This document shows, one piece after another, positions 39,598 to 50,279 of a DNA stretch of 64,000 bases; position 1 is the stretch's first letter; the number at the start of each line of letters is the position of its first letter. The DNA comes from Antechinus flavipes. Its lineage: Eukaryota. The translations under genes were made by a program, and so were the position numbers. The stretch is taken from the NCBI RefSeq assembly GCF_016432865.1, contig NC_067400.1, forward strand, positions 623,782,001 to 623,846,000. The letters are read 5' to 3'. The notes beneath the pieces are model-generated. The model made no database searches, was not told the origin of the DNA, and saw nothing but the letters and a program-made list of their open reading frames with translations.

Positions 39598-40062
39598 GGG
39601 AAGAGATCGGCAGCTTATCAGAAGTCCCGAACGAGCCCCCAAATCTAAGAGTTTGCGCTCCCTTGGTGCCCCTCTCCAGGGAGGGAGGGCAGCGTTTTCT
39701 CGCTCCCTTTCCATTCTGCCCCCCCCCCCCATGATGACACGCGCTGGCTTCCGGCTGGGGCTTGGAGGTTTTCTTGTTCCTTCCTTTCGAGGTCACCGGC
39801 TAAGTCTCTTGTTCGGCTCGGCTTCCTCCGGGGTGCCTCAGTTTCCCGCGACGTCCTTATTCCCCACGTGACCCGTCGCCCCGAGACCAGAGGCGCGGAG
39901 TGGTCGCGGGCAGGCAGGGCTGGGGCGGGCTGGAGCACGCCGGGAGTTCCCTGCTGCCCGCTTCCCAGTCAGACCTCCTCCCGGAGGAGCTTCACACCCA
40001 TGTCCGGGCAGAAACGGGCGCGTGTGCGCCGGAGACCTCCCGCGAAGCTTGGCGCAGACCGG

Positions 40063-40495
40063 CTCTCCCCGGCTCTTCCCGGCTCTCCCCGGTTCTCCCC
40101 GGTTCTTCCTGGCTCTCCCCGGGCTCCCTCCCGTTCTCCCCGGCTCTCCCCGGCCTCCTTCCGGTTCTCTCCGGTTCTCCCCGGCTCTTCCCGGCTCTCC
40201 CCGGTTCTCCTCGGTTCTCCCCGGCCTCCCTCCGGTTCTCTCCGGTTCTCCCCGGCTCTCCCCGGTTCTCCCCGGCCTCCCTCCGGTTCTCCCCGGTTCT
40301 CCCTGGCTCTCCCCGGGTTCCCTCCCGTTCTCCCCGGCTCTCCCCGGCTCTCCCCGGGCTCCCTCCGGTTCTCCTCGGTTCTCCCCGGCTCTCCCCGGCT
40401 CTCCCCGGCTCTCCCCGGCTCTCCCCGGCCTCCCTCCGGTTCTCCCCGGTTCTCCCCGGCTCTCCCCGACCTCCCCCCGGCTCTTGCCGGCCTCC
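40063..40495. repeat. 10-bp CpG-containing array
   Basis: Repeated tctccccggc / tctccccggt variants, about 40 copies. Confidence 0.95.
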
Positions 40496-41704
40496 GGCAC
40501 CCCGGACCAGGGGCTGGAGTAGAGGGACACCTAGTGGACAAAACAGGCGGAGCATGCCCTTTCTGCTCGATCAATAGCTCACTTCCCCACAGGTAGAGGG
40601 GAGAGGGCAGCGGACACGTTGGAGCCAAGGGCACGGGGTGGGGGGGAAGGGGCGCCCCCCTCGCCTCCACTCTGTTGGCCGCAGTAGGACTCAGAGCTAG
40701 AAGGGGCTTCCGAAACCACCTAGTTCAAGTCCACTGGGAAAAGGAGTCCCAGAGGAGGCGAGGGGGGAAGCGGAAGCTGGAATTGGAACTCGGGTCCTTT
40801 GGGGCAGCCGGGAAGGCTCGTCTCTCCGACTTCAAACGCGGCCTCGGACACTTTGTAGCTGTCTGGCCCAGGGGCAAGTCAGGTGACCCCGTTTGCCTCA
40901 GTTTCCTTTCCTGTAAAACGAGCTGGAGAAGGGAATGGCTAACTGCTCTGGTATCCCTCCCAAGGAAAGCTCAAGTGGGACCTAACTGGAAAAATCACCA
41001 ACAACAATCGCCTTTGGCTCCAGGTCCTGATATCAGGAGGGGGAGGAGGGGGAAAGAGGAGAAGGAGGGAGGAGGAAGGAGGGAAGGAGGCGGGGAGGAG
41101 GGAGGAGGAGGGGGAAAGAGGAGGGAGAATGAGGAGGAGGGAGGAGGGAGGAGAGCACGGTAGAACGGAGAGGTCTCTGAACCGCAGTAAATCCCAGCAT
41201 CCTCCCTGGACACGTAGCGTGTGAGCTGGGCTTTAAAGGTTGAGAGAAATTTCAAATGTGGGGATGGCGCGAACCAAAGGGCAGGGGTGGGAGAGCTTGG
41301 CCACGCCCCGAAGCCCGAAGGCTCTGCCATCCACGCGTTGGCTCCGGGACGGGCAGGGCGACGACTATAGAGCTGGAAGGGTCCTTAGAGGGAATTGGGT
41401 CCAATTCCTTGATTTTACAGATGTGGAAACTGAGGCAGCGAGCAAAGGGAGGCCGCAAGCAGATTGCGGACACTCGGAGAGGAGAGGGCCGTGAGTGTCT
41501 GAGGCGGGACCTGCCTCCTGCCGCTCGCTGGCTTTGCCGGGTCCCGAGAAGAGCAGCGATGGCTTGGCAGAAATGCCCCTGGTCCCTGCTGCCCCCGAGG
41601 CTCTGAGCTCGGGAGAGCGGTACCTGGCGGTGCTGAGCGCAGACCTGGGGCCTCTGGGAGGAGGAGCGGGGCTGGAGGAGGAGGAGCGGGCTGGAGAAGG
41701 AAGA

Positions 41705-41815
41705 GCGGGCTGGGGGGAGGATGGTGGGGCTGGGGGGAGGATGATGGGGCTGGGGGGAGGATGATGGGTCTGGGGGGAGGATGGTGAGTCTGGGGAGAGG
41801 ATGGTGGGGCTGGGT
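41705..41815. repeat. ~20-bp array
   Basis: Repeated gggctggggggaggatgRtg, about 5 copies. Confidence 0.85.
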
Positions 41816-42698
41816 CCAGGAGCAGGAGGACCAACCTGCTCAAACTGACAGGAAGGAGGGATCGTCCTGGGCCTGCCTAGTTCCATCCTCACTTTACAGG
41901 CTCTGCGTGTTAAACCCCTCCCCCAAGGTTGCGAAGGGGCGTGGTCAAGCCAGGATTTGTACCAGGGCAGGAAATATTGGAGGGAGGATCTGCACTATTG
42001 GGGGCTGGCCCGGATGCCCTCTAAAGTCCAGGTTTGGCGGGGGAGGGGAACGAGAAGGGGAGAAAGAGACTCTGGTGGCCACCCACGGCAGTGGCCATTT
42101 CGCCGAAAGGAATATCAATGTCAGGGCTCTCCCACTCCCACTGATCCTCCCTCCCTCCCTCCCTGAGGGGCAGAGCACTTGGGACTCTACCCATTGGATA
42201 GAGGAGGAAACTGAGGCTCGAGGGATCAGCCAGTGCCCAGCAGGGGCTCCAGAGGCAGGAAGGACATAGGAAAAGGGGGCAGAGCCCAAGGGGATGGAAG
42301 AGTTTCTCTTGTACTCCCCGCATCCACGTCAGGACCCCCCTCCATCTGCCCAGCCCCAGGAGCCCTTGAAGCCCCCAGAGCGTGACCAAGCCAAGGCCTC
42401 AGAAACCCCCCGGGGTCCCCATGGAAGTCCGGGCTTGTGATCAGGCTGCAGTGTATCACTATACACTCTTCTCCCATAAATTAGGAGTCACAGGGCACCC
42501 CCCCCCCCATCTCCCCGGGCCCCCAGCACTCTCACCCCTGCAAAACCTCGAATTTTTCTCCCCAATCCCCTCCCCTGGACAGCCAGTAATCCAGCATAGA
42601 CTAAACTTTCTTTAACACATCACAAACCACAGTAACTGGAGTAACAACAGGGGCTTGGGACACTAGGCCGGCGTCCTCCATTTCCATTCCCAAGCTTT

Positions 42699-42802
42699 TT
42701 TCCCCACAGCCAGGAAATGCTAAGTGTCCGAGGTCGGATTTGAACTCAGGTCCTCCCGACTTCAGGGCTGGTGCTCTATCCACTGCGCCCCCTAGTGGCC
42801 CC
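42699..42802 (-). mobile_element. 3'-truncated WSINE1-like SINE carrying a CTCF consensus
   Basis: Reverse complement ggggccactagggggcgcagtggatagagcaccagccctgaagtcgggaggacctgagttcaaatcc..., truncated after ctggctgtgggg and followed by a short A tract. Confidence 0.85.
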
Positions 42803-43458
42803 TGTAGATTATTTTTCAATTAAATCTAAGGGACTGTCTTTGCCCCACATAGATCCCCAACATATTTGCTATTAGGACAACGTGTTTAAAACGGCAAAAA
42901 TAAGTTTTTTCTCTTTACGACACTTTGGTCGGGGCTTTTCTATCGTGGCCTTAAACATACCACTGCAAAAGCTGTTTTATAAATAATGTTGGGGAAAAGT
43001 GTGGGGAAAATATCGCTCTCTTGATTTGTAAATTATTAAGTGTTAGAATCTCCAGGTTCTAAAAGTAGAAGGAAAGAAAGGAGCAATAGGACTTTTAATT
43101 TGGAAGACTATTTTTTTAGGCAACATAAAATAGATCTCTGAGGTTAAGTAGGCAGCCAAGCCTTTTGCAAACGGTTAAAGCTTGGGAATCAAAATGGAGG
43201 ACGCCGGCCTAGTGTCCCAAGCCCCTGTTGTTACTCCGGTTAATGAGATTTGTAACGTGTTAAAGAAAAGTGCCTACCAGGAGTTGGATAATTTGCTGTT
43301 AGAAATGTGAGTTCTTATTTGATTCTTTGGGATTGTGGATTTAATTGTTAAGAGAGTGAAATCCGTCATCAAAAGAAAAGACCCAGTAACCTAGAACTTG
43401 CAAAGGAAAAATTTTTAGAAATCAATCTTTAGGTATTTCTGTGCTCTATCGATGTTAC

Positions 43459-43898
43459 TTTTTTTTTCTTGATAACTTTTTATTGACAGAACCTGTGCCA
43501 GGGTAATTTTTTACAGCATTATCCCTTGCACTCACTTCTGTCCGATTTTTCCCCTCCCTCCCTCCACCCCCTCCCCCAGATGGCAAGCAGTCTTTTACAT
43601 GTTGAATAGGTTACAGTATATCCTAGATACAGTATATGTGTGCAGAACCGAACAGTTCTCTTGTTGCACAGGGAGAATTGGATTCAGAAGGTAGAAATAA
43701 CCCGGGAAGAAAAACAAAAATGCAAACAGTTTACATTCGTTTCCCAGTGTTCCTTCTTTGGGTGTAGCTGCTTCTGTCCATCTTTGATCAATTAAGGCTC
43801 TCTTTATCGAAGAGATCCACTTCCATCAGATACATCCTCAAACAGTATCGTTGTTGAGGGATATAATGATCTCCTGGTTCTGCTCATTTCACTTAGCA
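43459..43898 (-). mobile_element. 5'-truncated L1 3' end
   Basis: Same subfamily as 28836-29303. AGAAATCAATCTTTA is duplicated at 43417-43431 and 43899-43913. Confidence 0.9.
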
Positions 43899-44065
43899 AG
43901 AAATCAATCTTTAAATGGCGTTAGCCTAGGAGTGAGGGAAATTAAACATCTGGTTAATCACCAACTTTTCAAGATAAATATGTAGAAAGCCCATATTAAA
44001 CCTAACACTATACACAAATATATGGAAATGGAATACACACACACACACACACATATGAGATCTCT

Positions 44066-44990
44066 ACCTGGGAAATCTTGTTGAGCTTCCAAAAGAGAAC
44101 CCCCCAAGAGGCTGGGGTCACATCTGGCACCTCCAGGTGTCTCAAAAGAATCTGCAGGTTTGAACCCATCTCCAAGTCAAGGGGCAAAGTTTATTGTAAT
44201 TGTAACATCAACTGAAGTGGGCTGAGTTCCAAAAGGATTTAGCAAAGAACCAGGAGCAAGAGGGAGAATGGATTTATAGGAAAAGACCGAGTGATCCAAT
44301 TCTTCGAGTCACTGATCTGCTAATTTTATGGCTTGGGGATACAACTGAGGAGTGGTCTGGTATGCATCTCAATATTGAATTTTATGGTCTAAAATAGTAG
44401 TCTGTATGCCCCTCACCATTGTCTCAGAAACGCTTTACACTGACCAACAGATTGTTATCTGGCAGTCAGGAAAGTTTCTAGGACTACACTATAGTATTTC
44501 CAAGACCAGGAGACTTTAGGATTATCGATGGACAGATTGTTAAAACAACAGTACTCTAAGGTCAGAGGACCTCAGGATTCTGCTATATCTTACCTAAAGT
44601 CTAGGGAAAGAAATATATCACTACATTATTATATTCCCAAGGCCAGGAGGAGACTTTAGCATCATTGACAGATTGTTAGAACAATAGCCCTCCTAAAGTC
44701 TAGGGAAAGAAATCTATAACTATATTATTATGTTCCCAAGGCCAAAAGACTTTACGATCAACAGACAGATTGTTAGAATAGTAGCACTCCAAGGTCAGAG
44801 GATCTCAGGATTATTTTACCTAAAGTCTAGGGAAATAAATATATAACTACATTATTATATTCCTAAAGCCAGAAGACTTTAGGATCACTGACAGACAGAA
44901 TGTTAGAACAATAATTCTCCAAGGTTGGGGACCTCAGGATTACTGCTATATTTCCCCTAGAAGCTATGTCCTATCAATTTCCTAGCATAT
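44066..44990 (-). mobile_element. Probable ERV solo LTR with tandem U3 repeats
   Basis: On the minus strand, TATAAA (44278-44273) is followed by AATAAA (44195-44190). Upstream are about four degenerate 95-125-bp repeats (cctaaagtctagggaaa...gacagattgttagaa) at about 44470-44960. Boundaries approximate. Confidence 0.6.
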
Positions 44991-44999
44991 CTAGTTTGA

Positions 45000-47900
45000 A
45001 ATCCTAGAAAATCAAAGCTAAAATACTCCAGGCCGCTCCTTTTATAAATCTCAGATATTTAAAAGAGGCAAGGAATTGAGAATCAAATTCTTTAAGGAAG
45101 CAAGGGAAAAGCTTTTGTGAAGATGGGGGGGAAATAAATATATGAATTTATGGATAATAATCTTTTTCTTTTGAAGTGCTGAGTGCTGGACCTTGGAAAT
45201 CAAAATGTTACCATTAGCGATTATAAATCTGGATTTGATTTGATTTAAGCCAAAATCTGTCCTGAAGGAAATAGTAAAAACAGAGTCTGAATGTGCTCTT
45301 CTAACAGGATAATTATAGTAAATTAGAACCTAACACAAAAGACATTTCTTATTTGGTATTAAGGAATTTGTTAACTATATGACCCCATCAAAGTTACCTT
45401 ATATCTGTTTACTTCTGTTTACTGTTCTGTAAAAGGAGAATAATAGCACCCAAGGTTGTTGTGAGGATCACATGATTATAAAGTGCTTAGCATAGAGTTA
45501 TATGAATGTCAACTGTTTTTATCATCTCTTTAATTAGATGTAATTGCTTCACACTTGATATGTTACATGGATTTTTAATGTGATCAATATACATTGCCAA
45601 TGGTGATGAGATGAATGCTTTTCTGTATAAGGTAATATGGATGCACACTTATCTGAATTGAGGCTACCTGATTGGTAATGGGTTTTGTGTAAAGTTTAAA
45701 ATACATGATATTATTTTTGATATTGTCTAAATTTTCTTATGTTATGCAATCCAGTAAGCTATTAGCTATGATTTAAAAAATTTCTAGTGATATATTTTAT
45801 ATCAGAGTAAATTTATACTCTAGAATAAGACAAAAGAAAGAACATGTTTAAAGATCTGGTAAATTTTGTGATTGTGATAAGATGAACTTAATTGGGTATA
45901 ATTATTTTGGCTTAGAAAAATTGAATATCCTCCCCATCGAAAACGTCTTTAACTAGAGGGGGATGGTATTTAGGAATTTATGATGATTAGGGATTTATTT
46001 TGGTTTTTATGGAACTTTTGGGATGTATTTATGATCCTTCAAAAATTTACATCAACTTAACTTTGATAAATACCAATTTTAAGGATTTACTTTTATTTTA
46101 AAGTTGAATAAAAGATAGTTGTAAGACTAGAGGTTTCCAATTAATTTATTTCATGAAACTCTAATAATCTTTTTAATATCATGATAAATTTTAAGCTGTT
46201 TTAAGAAAAACAAATACTTTTAGGAAAGAATATTCAAGTAAATAAAAATCTTGTATATTTTTTGAGAATGGATTGTAGAAGGCCTGATGATTTTTTTTTT
46301 TTTGTAAACAGCTGTAATTATTAGTGAGATTATTGGAGAAAGTTTTTTAGGACCTTGAATATTCTTTGTGAGTTTCATTCTTAGGTTGGTTGTGTCCTTG
46401 GACCAGCTTTCAAAGGGTACTTGAAGACAAAAACGTAGAGTCAGCAGCTCAGTGGAAGCAGTATTTAACGTCTAAGGCTTGTGAAGATCTGTCCCTGGGA
46501 ATAAGGTAGGGTTGGATTTTTCTTAATTTATTTTCCCCTATGAGAAATCTGTCTACCTGGTTCCATGTGCTAGGAGGCTATTTATAGTGGCGTAGGCCTT
46601 GAAGACCAATTTTGATGCTGTTAAAAGCATATGTCTGCTTACAGCTTTTACAGCAAAATTTCTATTATCAGGGTAAGCTAACAGTAAAAGCTTATTTTTG
46701 CAATACTGAATCTATGAGTTAGACTGATCTTAAGGCAACTGCATTATTATAATAAGCTGCAAGTGGGAAAGATCTGAATTTGTGTCTCAGCAAGAGTTAA
46801 ATTAATGCCTAAACTTGTCATATATATAATATTCATTTCCTGAAGTTTCTCATTCTTTCAAAATGATTTGGATAAAAAAAAATGATATGGATACAGAAGT
46901 TTATGAAACAAAGATCTAAATCTATTCATTTGTCAGGTTTAAGTCAAAAATCTCTATTTTTTTGGTTTTAAGGAATAGGATTTCAATACAGACAGTTATG
47001 TTAGTGATAAATAATAATTTATAAATAATATAAAATTCATTAATACATTATCATGTATTAATGCAATTGTGTATTATTCTATAATTAATATTAATTCATT
47101 AATACATTCATTGATAAATAATATAAAATACATCAATATATGTTGATGGGAGGAAAGAAAAAGCATCTATTTAGCATGTTATATCACTAGTTATATCACG
47201 TTGTGATTTTCCTGTGATGAATCTCCTACTATTACTAATGGGATATTATAGTCAGTATTTTTGATCTAGCATATGTGATCCTTGAGAGCTCTGCTTATTG
47301 GAACATAATTTAATTTAATTATTAATTTAAGATCTTATGGGGCTCTCATATTGTTCTCGGTCTGACTGCAGATACCATCATCAGGAAATTGCTGTTAGGC
47401 TCAGGATTCAAGATGCCAGCAGCCCTATGAGAAGGACATGAAAGGAAGGCTTATGGTCTATTTTGTCAATGCCTCAAAGAGACACCAATTTTTGTTAGGA
47501 GTTATTCGTTTGCACAGGGCTGGGAGTCGAAAATGTTATAAATAACTTACTTGCTATGCACTGTTTTAAAATTAATTATTCAATGTATTTCCATATCCTA
47601 GCCCAGAACCTTTTGTTACAAGTGAAGTTCATCTGGCAGCTTCTAAATGAATTCATTTGTGGATTAAGAGTCCATCCAGTAAAAAGGATATTGTTTTTAA
47701 TGAAGTCCTTAGCAAAATCTCATCCTTCTAATGGGGAAAATGATGTGTGTATGGACGTAGGATATGTACGCATGGAGCAACATGGCAGTTGGGCAACCTG
47801 AAAATGTCAATTCCCTGGTCTAAAAGGTTCCAAATTTGGTTTCCTAGTACTAGAGACAAACTTTGGACTAATTTCCATTATTTGAGGTTATTGGCCGAGG

Positions 47901-48250
47901 AAATTCAGAGTTAAGACAAATTTTGTCGATTTTGAGGATCTCTACACGTGCCCTGAATGAGAGCACTGCTCTGAGACCAAAAACAGAGCAGACTTTTATT
48001 TTGTTTTTTTTTCTCTTTTGTGCCTTTTATCTACAAGGTCCCCTTATCAAAAGGGTTGCTCTGATTTTGTCCAAGTGCCTGAATTCCCCGTTCCCCTCCC
48101 GTTGTCTCCCCTCAGGAGCCCTGGGTTAGAAACCCTTGGGGGAGTTTGTCATGTCCACTAGTGATTCGTGGCCGAGACTTTGTCCTTCCATAGAATTGAA
48201 CGGGGGAATGAGGGAAGTGATTATTTCTCATATTAATAACCAATTATTAA
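45000..48250. other. AT-rich non-coding block, possibly decayed ERV internal sequence
   Basis: Sharp AT enrichment, no ORF with recognisable homology, continuous in character with 42810-43450. Family assignment is inference. Confidence 0.3.
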
Positions 48251-50279
48251 AATCGGGCAGACCCAGCTTCCCTTCCCCCCCCCCCCCATTTCCTTGTCCA
48301 GTCCCTCAAGGACAGGGTGACGCAGGCCATACCTAACGTTCTCCTTCCGGGGATCACTCCTCCACCCAACTAGATCAGCTGCTCAGGGTGGGGGCGGGAG
48401 GGGGGATCGCCTCAGCTAGGGGGGCTTAGAAGGAAATGACGGGACCCAGCTTCAGCCCTTGCTGCAATATTCTCTCCCTGAGTTAAGCGGTCAGGGCGGG
48501 CCGCCCTCAGGAGCTCCCTCTTCCAGGGAGCGGAGAATCTGCGCCGCCCCCAGCCGGGGTCACGGTCTGAGAGAGGCGGCCAAAGAGCCCCCATCCCTTA
48601 AAACCCTGGCGTGGTTCACAAAACGGTTACTAGCCCATACGGGGGATCGGCCCAGGCCGAAGGAGTTGTGGGCCCGCCCCAATCCCCCCCTTTCCCTCCA
48701 TTGCCCCAGAAGCTAGCGCCCCTGGCCCGGGAGGGTGGGAGCCGCCAAGTTCAAGGGCGGTGGGAGGCTGGTGTTCTGAGCCTTCTGTCTCCTCCAGGTG
48801 CCCTCCGGGATGTCGGGGGCCGCACCCCCCAGGGATCCCCGTGGCAGATGGACGGGGTGGGCGGAGCCCCGCTCCCTGGGCTTTCCACACCACCCAAAGC
48901 GCCGACATCCCTCACTGAGGGGACTTGGGGGGGTGCGGAGGGGGACCCCAGCCCGGGAGCTAATGGCCCAAAGGCGACGCCGCCCCTTTCCCCAGGAGAT
49001 CCCATTCTTCTGAGAGGGGCCTCCGCCGCCAGCCAGTTTGCCCTGTGGGACCCCCAGTATTACCCCCTCTCTCCCCCCCTCCCCCACCCCGGCACCGACA
49101 GCCAGGAGTCCTAGGGAAGAGAGTGCTGGGGCGGGAAGGGGAGGGGGCGCCTGGCACCGGCCCAAGCCGGGGGGACTCTGGGCCCTTCGGGGGCGGGCGC
49201 CCCGGGTCCTCTTCTCGCCCCCCCTTCCCTCGGCGGCCCGCATCACCCTCCCCCCGGGACCCTCGGCTTTTCCTGCCCAGTCCCCCGCGGCCTCCGCGCT
49301 CCGGCCGCTTCTCGGCCGTCTGGGCCCGACGGTCCCGCGCGCACGTTAGAGCGCGGGAAGGGGAGCGGAGGGATCCCGGGCCTCGGCCCCCGGAGGCCGC
49401 GGTGTCTGCCCGGTCCGCTCCCGGCTCGGCTCCCCGCAGCCCCGGGTCCCTTTTGGCTCCGTCCGTATCCCCGGGGCCTGCGCGCAGTGGGCGCTTAATA
49501 AAGGTCTGAGCTGGGCAAGTCTCCGGCGCGGACCGGACGGGAACAAGCGGCCACGAAGCCCAAGCAGCCCCGGGCCGAGGCTCACAGGGGAGAAGCCAAC
49601 GTGTGCTGGGGGCGTTTCCCAGCCACCAGGTGGCGCTCCTCGCCCTCACCCGGCGCTCCTCGGCCCGGCTGGAGCCTCCGCCAGCTCCTCTCCCCTCGGG
49701 GCGGCCGGCGCAGCCCGGGGCTCTCAACCGGGAGCGCAAAGACCCCGGAGGAGCCTGGCTGGGCCCGGAGATGCTGCCTCCTTCCGGAAGCTTCCCTCCC
49801 CCCCAAGAGTGGCAGACACCCCTCAGGCAGGGGGTGGCGAAAGGGAGGGGACGCCCGGGGCAGAGCCAGACCCAAAGTCCCCTTTCCGCCTTTTAAAGTC
49901 TCTCCCTCAAACCTCTGGACCAAACCAAAGAGGCGGTAGCCCCCCTTCCCAGTCCCCTCCTCCCCAGAAGCTGCGGCAGACCCCGGAAACCTGCCCCAGC
50001 AGCAAAGCCCGTGGAAATAAGCCTTGTAACCCCCCCCCCCAGCTTCTGGGAGGAGAACCCACTGTTTGACTGGGCACACTGGGGAATAACACGGCAGAAA
50101 CCTGGCCCAGACCGACATCTCACAGCCCACACCCAGGGGAGGTCCAAGTGGCCCCTAAAGGGTAGTACTTTACCTGAATTAGGAGATGGGTCACCCAGAC
50201 CGACATCTCATACCCCACAGCCAAATGAGGTCCAAGTGGGCACATGAAAACGTGTACCTGAGGGTGACCCTTTAAGTAA

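Noticed and set aside
41160-41240. VSREDAGIYCG, similar to the Ig DAGxYxC motif
   Set aside because: Lies in L2-like sequence, lacks the x between Y and C, and has no upstream Ig strands.
48575-48592. Second PBS-Pro-like sequence (TGGGGGCTC on the minus strand)
   Set aside because: Only 9 contiguous matching bases; expected by chance in GC-rich DNA.
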